Source of the DNA: Myxococcota bacterium
GTDB taxonomy: Bacteria > Myxococcota_A > UBA796
DNA length: 64,000 nucleotides
Reading direction: 5' to 3'
NCBI GenBank assembly: GCA_036156175.1
Contig: JAYZVA010000027.1
Coordinates: 10,490-74,489, forward strand
Of the stretch, positions 18,811 to 26,287 are shown one piece after another (positions within the stretch are counted from its first letter, which is position 1; each line of letters opens with the position of its first letter). The translations under genes and the position numbers were made by a program. The notes below the pieces were generated by a model. That model saw only the letters and a list, made by a program, of their open reading frames with translations. It was not told the DNA's origin and did not search any database.

Positions 18811-20008
18811 GCTGGTGCGGGTGCGGGTCGTCAAGAAAATGCTGGTCCCGTCCCTCATCGACCCAACGAGCCCGCGACACCTCGATCGGGCGGCTTCGCT
18901 CATCGCGTGCATGACCGATGCCCTGCAAGCCGGGTCCACGCGGGGCGACATCGACGACGCGGTCAAAGACATCGCCGGAATGGATGTCGACCACAAAATT
19001 ACGAAGGGGCTTGCGAAGCTGTTGCTGGACAAAGGCGATTTCGAGACCCAGTCGCCGCTGGAACCGCAGGCGTTGCGATGGCACGTGTTCTGCGAAGCGG
19101 CCAAGCGGGGACCGCTGGCCCTGGACAAAAACGCATCGGGGCGACCGATCGCCGACGACATCTTTGCCGCGGTAGCGGCGGACTTGGGCACGGATGCCGC
19201 CGCCGTATCCCGGGGACTGTACGCCGACCTCAAGCAAGAACAGACCCTGGCGGCGATGCCGCTGCCCGAACCAACGGCCCTGCTTCACCGCTACAACACC
19301 GCGCTGATCCAAGCCGTGCTGCTGAAGGCCAGCAGCCTGACCGTGGATCTTGCACATCCGAAACCCAAATATGTACGGCAACTGATGCGCCACCTCAAAT
19401 TTCATCAGTTGATGTACCGGGTGCGCCAGACGCCGGATGGAATTCGCATTGAAGTCGATGGACCCCAAAGCCTGCTGAAGCTGTCGACCCGGTACGGGCT
19501 GCAGTTGGCCAACTTCTTCCCGGCAGTCGTGCTTCAACCCGGCGACTGGTCGATGCGGGCCGAACTGTTGTGGGGAAAAAAACGCAAAGTGCGCAAGGTG
19601 CTCGAGCTGACCAACGATGCCGGCCTGGTCAGCCATTACCGGGACACCGGGACCTGGACATCCCGAACCGAGCAGTGGTTTTTGGAGCGGTTCGAGGGCG
19701 CCGATACCGATTGGACCGTCCATCCGGGCGAGCCCATCGACTTGGGCGACCAGTCCCTGGTTGTGCCCGACCTGACGTTCAAACGCGGCGGCCGAACGGG
19801 CCACCTGGAAATCTGCGGTTTTTGGCGGGCGAACCACCTCCAAGACCGTCTCAAGCGATTGCCAGACCACGTCATTTTGGCGGTTAGCTCCAAGCTGCGG
19901 GGCGAGGCGGGCCGCCTCAGTCCCGAACTCGAAGCCAAGGTGATTCGCTTTGCGGAAGTCATCCCGCCAGCCAGAGTGATCGAACGGCTCGAGATTGTTG
20001 CGCGATGA
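18797..20008 (+). CDS. DUF790 / Bax1-like nuclease partner of XPB
   Basis: Track ORF trimmed to MLTGELVRVRVVKKMLVPSLID (ATG 18797, preceded by AGGAGG at 18784-18789). It overlaps the helicase by 14 nt. The N-terminus and the pairing with XPB match the archaeal Bax1/DUF790 family as I remember it. Confidence 0.72.
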   Translation: MLTGELVRVRVVKKMLVPSLIDPTSPRHLDRAASLIACMTDALQAGSTRGDIDDAVKDIAGMDVDHKITKGLAKLLLDKGDFETQSPLEPQALRWHVFCEAAKRGPLALDKNASGRPIADDIFAAVAADLGTDAAAVSRGLYADLKQEQTLAAMPLPEPTALLHRYNTALIQAVLLKASSLTVDLAHPKPKYVRQLMRHLKFHQLMYRVRQTPDGIRIEVDGPQSLLKLSTRYGLQLANFFPAVVLQPGDWSMRAELLWGKKRKVRKVLELTNDAGLVSHYRDTGTWTSRTEQWFLERFEGADTDWTVHPGEPIDLGDQSLVVPDLTFKRGGRTGHLEICGFWRANHLQDRLKRLPDHVILAVSSKLRGEAGRLSPELEAKVIRFAEVIPPARVIERLEIVAR

Positions 20009-20829
20009 CCGCTATACTCAGCGGTATGTTGACCGTCACCGCATTCCTGCTGCTTCCGTTTGCATGCTCCACTTCGGAGCCGCCACCCGAGCCCGAGGTC
20101 GAGGCCGCGGATGAGCCCGCGCCCACGCCGAAAAAACGACCGCGCAGCGCCTCGCAGGTGAGCGACACCGGAGCGGACATGACCGACCTGATCGAGGCCA
20201 TTCGGTACCGTCCCGAGAAGCCGCTCCCCAATGAAAACGTGTCGGTCATTGTCGAGTTGGGGGACACCGAAGGCTTCGTGGATGTGGACTACGAGTGGGA
20301 AGTCAACGGCCGACGACTGCTGAGCGAACGGTCCGAAGAACTGGCCCATCGTCGGTACAGCAAGGGCGACACAGTTCAGGCATTCTTGAGCATTCGCATT
20401 GGCGACGAGACCATCACAAGGGAGGCCGCACGCATCGTTGTGGGCAACACCCCTCCGCGCATCTTGACCAATCCGAAGAGCCTCTCGACCCTCGATGGAT
20501 TCCGAATCCGAGGCGAAGATCCCGACGGTGGAGCGGTCACCTACCACGTCACCGGTGGCCCACCCGGAATGACCATCGGCGAGCAGACGGGGGTCGTGCG
20601 GTACAAGCCAAGCAAAACCGCGGAAGGCGGAGAGTACCCCATGACCTTCATCGTGCGGGACGAAGACAAGGCCGAGAGCGAGTGGCGCCTGACCGTGAAC
20701 GTGAGCCCGGGTTCACAGAGCGCATCCGCCAAGGCCGCGCGCGCGCAGCGCAAGGCCGACTGGGAAGCCGAGCAAGCCGCCAAGCGCGCGCAGCGGGAAG
20801 CAGCGGCGGCTTCAGAGGGGCAAGACTGA
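20005..20829 (+). CDS. Lipoprotein with an Ig-like (cadherin/dystroglycan-type) domain and a Lys/Ala-rich tail
   Basis: ATGA overlap with the upstream gene. Lipobox LLLPFAC. Also GEDPDGGAVTYHVTGGPPGMTIGEQTGVVRYKP. Confidence 0.65.
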   Translation: MTAILSGMLTVTAFLLLPFACSTSEPPPEPEVEAADEPAPTPKKRPRSASQVSDTGADMTDLIEAIRYRPEKPLPNENVSVIVELGDTEGFVDVDYEWEVNGRRLLSERSEELAHRRYSKGDTVQAFLSIRIGDETITREAARIVVGNTPPRILTNPKSLSTLDGFRIRGEDPDGGAVTYHVTGGPPGMTIGEQTGVVRYKPSKTAEGGEYPMTFIVRDEDKAESEWRLTVNVSPGSQSASAKAARAQRKADWEAEQAAKRAQREAAAASEGQD

Positions 20830-21402
20830 GAGCAGGGCATCGACCGAGTCGTCGACAGAACCTGTGCCGTCCAACACCACCGATGCCCGTCCCTTGCAGG
20901 GTTCAACGAAGCGTTCGTGATTGGGCTTGACTGTGGCGGCGTATTGCGCCCTCACGCTCGCCTCGGTGCGCCCGCGCTCATCGATGTCCCGGCGCAGCCG
21001 CCGCGCGAAGCGGATGGGCTCCGGGGCGTCGACAAACACCGTGAGGTCCGCCAACGCGGCAACCCGGCGGTCCGCAAGAACCAAGATGCCCTCCACAACG
21101 ATCAGGGACCGCGGCTGCATGCGTTCGACCGCCGATGAACGGGAATGGGATGCGAATTCATACACTGGCAGATCCGCTGGTTGCCCATCCTTGAGGCGGG
21201 CGACGTCCTCGACCAGGCGATCCGTGTCCAGCGCCGACGGATGATCGAAGTCGTGGCCCCGGGGATTTGGCGCATCAAAGTAATACCGGTCGTGGCTGAT
21301 GTGAGCCGCGCCCGTCCGGTCCACGAGTCGGCGAACGATGGTGGTCTTGCCGCTGGCCGTACCGCCCGCAATCACCACAATGAACGGGGAATCAGTACTC
21401 AT
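20812..21402 (-). CDS. udk: Uridine kinase family protein
   Basis: Track ORF trimmed to MSTDSPFIVVIAGGTASGKTT (ATG 21402). Also HDRYY, DHPSALD and VVEGIL. It overlaps the bactofilin stop by 11 nt. Confidence 0.78.
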   Translation of the reverse strand: MSTDSPFIVVIAGGTASGKTTIVRRLVDRTGAAHISHDRYYFDAPNPRGHDFDHPSALDTDRLVEDVARLKDGQPADLPVYEFASHSRSSAVERMQPRSLIVVEGILVLADRRVAALADLTVFVDAPEPIRFARRLRRDIDERGRTEASVRAQYAATVKPNHERFVEPCKGRASVVLDGTGSVDDSVDALLSVLPL

Positions 21403-21742
21403 CCATGACACCGGCAATTCGGACGACTGCATCCATGGATGCGCCGGGATGCATCTCAACCACGGCCGCATCCAGGTGCCCTCGTATCCGACCGGTTTCT
21501 TCCACGATCAAGGTATCCCGCACCCGAATTTTGCCGTCAATGGTGCCCGACACAATTGCCCGAGCGACGTCCAGTTCGCCGCGCATGCGGCCTTCTGCAC
21601 CCACTTCCAGGACGTCTTCGGTGTACAAGCGACCATCAAACTGGCCATCCACCCGAACCCGCCCCTCAAACGTGAGGTCGCCTTCCCAGTGGGTTCCGGG
21701 GCCCATCACGGTGAGGGGCGGGTCGGGCTTCTGTCCCTTCAT
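21392..21742 (-). CDS. Bactofilin (DUF583 polymer-forming cytoskeletal protein)
   Basis: 116 aa. Repetitive beta-helix pattern: GDLTFEGRVRVDGQFDGRLYTEDVLEVGAEGRMRGELDVARAIVSGTIDGKI. Confidence 0.85.
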   Translation of the reverse strand: MKGQKPDPPLTVMGPGTHWEGDLTFEGRVRVDGQFDGRLYTEDVLEVGAEGRMRGELDVARAIVSGTIDGKIRVRDTLIVEETGRIRGHLDAAVVEMHPGASMDAVVRIAGVMDEY

Positions 21743-21745
21743 CGT

Positions 21746-22645
21746 CTATCCCATCGGCGAGTCGGTTCGCGCCAGCCAATCGACCAGGCGAGTCAGGTCT
21801 TCCTTGGAATGAAAATCAATCGTGATCTGACCCCGGTCGCCTCGGGCTTTGGTCTGGATCCGGACCTTTGTGCCCAACGTTGAGGTCAGGAGCGCAGCGG
21901 CATGGCGATGCGCGGCCGGCTTGGGGGTGCTGGGCCGACGGTCCGACATCATGCGCTGCACGAGCCGCTCCGCCCCGCGCACCGACAGCCCATTCTTCAC
22001 GATGTCGGTGAGGGCCTTGCGCATCAGCGAATCGTCGGAGAGCGACAACAACGCCTTGGCATGGCCCGCGGAGATCGTGCCCGCTCGAAGTTCGGCCAGC
22101 GCAAACTCCGGCAACCGCAGCAATCGGATGGCATTCGCCACCGTTGTGCGGTCTTTGCCGACCCGCCGTGCCACATCGCCCTGGGTCAGGTTGAAGTCTT
22201 CGATGAGCCGTTGGTACGCGAGTGCCGTCTCCAATGCGTCGAGATCTTCGCGTTGAATGTTTTCGACCAAAGCCAACAACAACTGCGCGCTGCTCGATAC
22301 CGAGTCATGCACCCACACCGGCACCTCATCGAGGCCGGCCAAGCCGGAGGCGCGAAGGCGACGCTCGCCGGCAATCAAGATGTAGCCGCCGCGCTCTTCG
22401 TCCGCCCGCACCAGCAGCGGCGTGATCACGCCGTGCTCCGAGATGGACGACGCCAAGCTCTCCAGCTCGTTGGCGTTGAACCGCATGCGGGGCTGCTCTG
22501 GGTTGGGCCGGACTTGATCGAGCGGCACCATGCGGAGCGCGCCCCGCTCGCCCGTAGCCGCCAGCTTGGCGGGTCGTCCGGGCGACTCCAGAATGTCGGA
22601 TGGAATCAACGCGGCCAGACCGCGTCCCAAGCGTGATTGAGTCAT
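21746..22645 (-). CDS. parB: Chromosome partitioning protein ParB
   Basis: MTQSRLGRGLAALIP, GVITPLLVR, ILIAGERRLRA, and the HTH segment LTQGDVARRVGKDRTTVANAIRLL. Confidence 0.93.
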   Translation of the reverse strand: MTQSRLGRGLAALIPSDILESPGRPAKLAATGERGALRMVPLDQVRPNPEQPRMRFNANELESLASSISEHGVITPLLVRADEERGGYILIAGERRLRASGLAGLDEVPVWVHDSVSSSAQLLLALVENIQREDLDALETALAYQRLIEDFNLTQGDVARRVGKDRTTVANAIRLLRLPEFALAELRAGTISAGHAKALLSLSDDSLMRKALTDIVKNGLSVRGAERLVQRMMSDRRPSTPKPAAHRHAAALLTSTLGTKVRIQTKARGDRGQITIDFHSKEDLTRLVDWLARTDSPMG

Positions 22646-23469
22646 GAGGCCTCCACAGCGTGCAGGGGAACCACGGTTGAGTCGGCCTCATCCGACCCAT
22701 CGTTGGCGATCCGTTCGAGAAATTCCAGGGCCAGGTTGGTGTAGGCCACTGCACCCCGACACAGGGGGTCGTATGCATGAACGGGCTTGCCGAAACTCGG
22801 CGCTTCTCCAAGCCGAATGTTTCGGGGAATCTCGGTGGTGAACACCTCGTCACCGAACACTTCTCGCAGCTGGTCGGCGACATCGCGGCACAACCGCGTG
22901 CGTCGATCCACCATCGTGAGCACAATGCCTTCCCGAACCAACTGACGGTTCAATCCGCCCTTCTGGATTTGGTTCATCGCGCGCAGCAACTCCGACAGGC
23001 CCTCCATGGCGTAGTACTCGGCCTGAACCGGAATCAGCACGCCGTTGGAAGCCGCCAGTCCGTTGATGGTGAGCATGTTCAGCGCGGGCGGACAGTCGAT
23101 GATCACGAAGTCATAGCCGTCCGCGTTCGCATCGAGGGCACGCTTCAAGCGATACTCGCGGCGACTGGCCTCCACCAATTCGATCTCTAGGCCGATGAGT
23201 TCGCGCGTGGCGGGCAGCAGGTGGAGCCCATCGATGCACGTGGGAACCACCGCGTCGGGGAGTTCCCGAAATCCAAGGAGCACATCCGCCACGCCAATGG
23301 TGACCTCGGACTTGGGGACGGACAGTCCGGATGAAGCGTTGCCTTGCGGGTCCAGATCCACCAGCAAGACCGTGTGGTCTTCGAGAGCGAGGGCAGTCGC
23401 AAGGTTGACGGCAGTGGTGGTCTTTCCGACCCCACCTTTTTGATTGGAGACGGCGATGATGCGCGGCAT
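22642..23469 (-). CDS. parA: Chromosome partitioning ATPase ParA (Soj)
   Basis: Track ORF 22642..24252 trimmed to MPRIIAVSNQKGGVGKTTTAVNLA (CAT at 23467-23469), giving 275 aa. The upstream 261 codons overlap a well-supported plus-strand gene and are low-complexity. Confidence 0.93.
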   Translation of the reverse strand: MPRIIAVSNQKGGVGKTTTAVNLATALALEDHTVLLVDLDPQGNASSGLSVPKSEVTIGVADVLLGFRELPDAVVPTCIDGLHLLPATRELIGLEIELVEASRREYRLKRALDANADGYDFVIIDCPPALNMLTINGLAASNGVLIPVQAEYYAMEGLSELLRAMNQIQKGGLNRQLVREGIVLTMVDRRTRLCRDVADQLREVFGDEVFTTEIPRNIRLGEAPSFGKPVHAYDPLCRGAVAYTNLALEFLERIANDGSDEADSTVVPLHAVEAS

Positions 23470-23497
23470 GATGTCCCGGGGAGTGAAGATGGAGGCG

Positions 23498-23689
23498 TGT
23501 TCCACGGAGTGTGGAACGGCGGGGAACACTCTGTGCGGTGCGGGTGAGGAACCCGTGCAGAGCGACCCGATGATATCGATAAACTCTTGACCATGCAAGT
23601 GCCATGCACGGCTTTTTCGGCATCGTTCCACGGTTTGAGCGGTGCCCGTGGAACGGATGGGGAACAGTGACGGGCATGCGCGGGGAACA
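23498..23689. promoter_or_regulatory. Cluster of parS-like half-sites (GTTCCAC / GTGGAAC / GGGGAACA) in the parA upstream spacer
   Basis: First pair: TGTTCCAC (23498-23505), 5 nt, GTGGAAC (23511-23517). Second pair: CGTTCCACGG (23624-23633), 12 nt, CCGTGGAACG (23646-23655). GGGGAACA occurs at 23521, 23659 and 23682, and GAGGAACC at 23546. Confidence 0.4.
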
Positions 23690-23770
23690 CCCCCAACCAA
23701 ACCGGGCCCGCGCGCGGCCCGCCAGCAAACCGAAAAGGCGGTTAAACGGCGAGCGCTCTGTGGAGTGATC

Positions 23771-26287
23771 ATGCGACCATACCTGTGGACCAGTGCGCTG
23801 CTCTTGGCTTCCTGCACCAGCAAAGAGACCCGCAACGACCCCCTCTCTGTGGACACCGACCAACCCGGTGATCCGCCTGAAGACTCCGGCAACGCCAGCG
23901 TGCCCGAGGATTCCGGAGCGCCCGAGGATTCTGGAGCCCCCGAGGATTCCGGCGAACCCGACTCGCCGATCGACGACACGGGTGCTGCGCCGGCTGCCGC
24001 GTCCGAGTGGACCGCTGGGCCGGAACTGCCCGACTGCACGCCGCAGTCCAGCGACACCGCCATGGTGGCGCTGTCCGGCGTGGTGCTGATGCCGGACGGG
24101 CCCGTCGCAGGCGAGGTCGTGTACGACCAGAGCACGGGCCTGATCGTCTGTGCGGGCGATGAGGATTGCGCGGTCACCGACGTCACACGCATCTGCACCG
24201 AGGGCATCATCTCCCCCGGCCTGATCGATGCCCACAACCACATGCAGTACAACGTGCTGGTCCCGTGGGTCCACGATGAGTTGTTCTCGGACCGATACGA
24301 CTGGCGGAGCGACGGCGACTATTGGGACTACCGAACCGCCTATGACGACGTGAAAGATGCCTACAAGTGCGAGATCATGAAGTGGGCAGAGTTGCGCAGC
24401 TTGGTCAGCGGCACCACGGCCGTGGTGGGCTCGTCGGGTGGCGCATGCATCAATCCGCTCGCCCGCAACTTGGACGAAGGCGAAGGGGCCAGCGGCATCG
24501 CTGACTACGAGCTGTACTACTCGGCGAGCACCGTCACCGACCGCTTTGATGCCGACTCCACAGTGGACCCGGGCAGCCGCTACGATGCGGTCGAGAACCA
24601 CGTGGGAGAAGGGATCGGCGGCAGCGTCACCGCCGAGATCACGCACATGATGAACATCGGCATGGAAGGCCCCGGACACATCTACGTGCACGCGACCGAT
24701 GCGACCACGGAACAACTGGCACGCATGGCCGATGAAGGGACGGCCATCGCGTGGTCACCGCGCTCCAACCTCGACCTCTACGCGGCCACCACACCGGCCG
24801 ATGTGGCCCACCGCATTGGGGTCCCCATTGCCCTCAGCCCCGACTGGACCTGGTCCGGCTCGATGAGCCCGGCGCGCGAACTCACCTGCGCCAAGGAGTG
24901 GCTCGACACCCGCAACAGCACCATCTCGGACCGCACCCTGTGGTCTTGGGTGACCGCCGACGCCGCCCGCATCCTCAATCTGGATGGCGCCCTGGGCGCC
25001 CTGATGGTTGGGATGAAGGCCGACATCGCGGTGTTCGATTGGTCCGATCAACCGTATCGACCCATCGTGGAAGCCGATCCCCGCGCGGTGCGGCTGGTCA
25101 CGGTGAACGGGAACGCGCTGGTGGGCCGGCCCGACCTCGTCGTGCCGCTGACGGCCGAGCCCGAGTGGTGCGAGACGATCCCGGCCTGCGAAGGAGAAAC
25201 CATGGTCTGTGCGCAAGCCGGGTGGTCGGGCGACGACGCCCAACGGGCGGCAGACCTCGAGGCAACGCTCGCCAGCGCACTGGGCGCGGTCAGCATGCCC
25301 ACGGGATTCGAGTACGCCAACGCCTTGCTGGGCCTGTTTTCGTGCGAGGAGTCGCGCGACTCCTGCAACATCGCCCAGCCCGAATTGGGAGACACCGACG
25401 GGGACGGCATCGCGGATGACGTCGACGACTGCCCCGACGCCTACAACCCGCTCCAGCGAGACGAAGACCGCGATGGCGTGGGAGACGCATGCGATCCCTG
25501 CCCGATTGCGGCCGATCGGTTGGAGTGCGTCCATGCCCCCGGCGATGTCGATGGCGATGGAATCGCCTCCAACGAGGACGGGTGCCCGTACGCCTACGAT
25601 CCCGACCAAGGCGACCGCGACGGCGATGGGCACGGCGATGCATGCGACCTGTGCCCCGATGAAGCCAATCCGGGCGAGGAGGCCTGCTCCTACACAATCG
25701 AAGACATCCGAAACCCGTCGAGCCCGCGTCACCCGCCCGAGGGGACGTCGGTCCGCCTCAACAACGTCGCGGTGACGGGCGTGTACCGCGGTCGGGGCTT
25801 CTACATTCAAGACCCGGACGCGGTGGCGCTGGGGGGATTGTTCGTCTACGGCGACGGCGTCATCACCGACGACGACGGGGTGGCCGCAGGTGATCGGATT
25901 CGGGTCACCGGTGTGTACACCGAATACTACGGAATGTCTCAGATCAGCACTCCCACGGTGGCGGTCATCGACGCCCTCCCCGTTCCCGACACCATCGATG
26001 TGGCCGACCCCTGCGACATCGGGACCGACGGTTCGCTCGCGGAGTCGCTCGAGGGGATGCTCGTGCGCGTCACCGACATCACGGTGACCAACGCCAACCC
26101 GGACGCCCCGAGCGACTACGGCGAATTCGAGGTCAATGGCTGCCTCCGCGTGGACGATCAGCTGTCCGATGTCTTGATTCCACAACCTCCGGAAGGCTCG
26201 ACCTATTCGGCATTGAGCGGTGTGTTGACCTACACTTATGGCAACACCAAGCTTGTGCCGCGAGGAGCGGAGGATGTTGCTGAATAA
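23771..26287 (+). CDS. Lipoprotein: metal-dependent amidohydrolase domain, thrombospondin type-3 (Ca-binding) repeats, and a C-terminal OB-like domain
   Basis: Track ORF trimmed to MRPYLWTSALLLASC (lipobox; GGAG 5 nt upstream of ATG 23771). Amidohydrolase motif PGLIDAHNH. Repeats DTDGDGIADDVDDCPDAYNP, DEDRDGVGDACDPCP and DRDGDGHGDACDLCP. The C-terminus reads GFYIQD...GDRIRVTG. Confidence 0.85.
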   Translation: MRPYLWTSALLLASCTSKETRNDPLSVDTDQPGDPPEDSGNASVPEDSGAPEDSGAPEDSGEPDSPIDDTGAAPAAASEWTAGPELPDCTPQSSDTAMVALSGVVLMPDGPVAGEVVYDQSTGLIVCAGDEDCAVTDVTRICTEGIISPGLIDAHNHMQYNVLVPWVHDELFSDRYDWRSDGDYWDYRTAYDDVKDAYKCEIMKWAELRSLVSGTTAVVGSSGGACINPLARNLDEGEGASGIADYELYYSASTVTDRFDADSTVDPGSRYDAVENHVGEGIGGSVTAEITHMMNIGMEGPGHIYVHATDATTEQLARMADEGTAIAWSPRSNLDLYAATTPADVAHRIGVPIALSPDWTWSGSMSPARELTCAKEWLDTRNSTISDRTLWSWVTADAARILNLDGALGALMVGMKADIAVFDWSDQPYRPIVEADPRAVRLVTVNGNALVGRPDLVVPLTAEPEWCETIPACEGETMVCAQAGWSGDDAQRAADLEATLASALGAVSMPTGFEYANALLGLFSCEESRDSCNIAQPELGDTDGDGIADDVDDCPDAYNPLQRDEDRDGVGDACDPCPIAADRLECVHAPGDVDGDGIASNEDGCPYAYDPDQGDRDGDGHGDACDLCPDEANPGEEACSYTIEDIRNPSSPRHPPEGTSVRLNNVAVTGVYRGRGFYIQDPDAVALGGLFVYGDGVITDDDGVAAGDRIRVTGVYTEYYGMSQISTPTVAVIDALPVPDTIDVADPCDIGTDGSLAESLEGMLVRVTDITVTNANPDAPSDYGEFEVNGCLRVDDQLSDVLIPQPPEGSTYSALSGVLTYTYGNTKLVPRGAEDVAE
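23903..23956 (+). repeat. 3 x 18-bp in-frame tandem repeat (PEDSGA)n in the lipoprotein linker
   Basis: CCCGAGGATTCYGGAGCN units lie at 23903, 23921 and 23939. A degenerate copy precedes them at about 23875. Confidence 0.8.

Noticed and set aside
23470-23770. oriC in the parA upstream spacer
   Set aside because: I saw no TTATCCACA-type DnaA boxes. There is only a roughly 50-bp mildly AT-rich patch, and dnaA/dnaN are not in the window. The repeats fit parS half-sites better than DnaA boxes (6 of 9 matches at best).
23470-24252. Upstream 261 codons of track ORF 22642..24252 (giving a 536-aa ParA), and ORF 23111..24715 on the minus strand (534 aa)
   Set aside because: ParA homology starts at MPRIIAVSNQKGGVGKTT. 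The upstream part is low-complexity and lies antisense to the amidohydrolase lipoprotein gene, which has a lipobox, an RBS and catalytic motifs.
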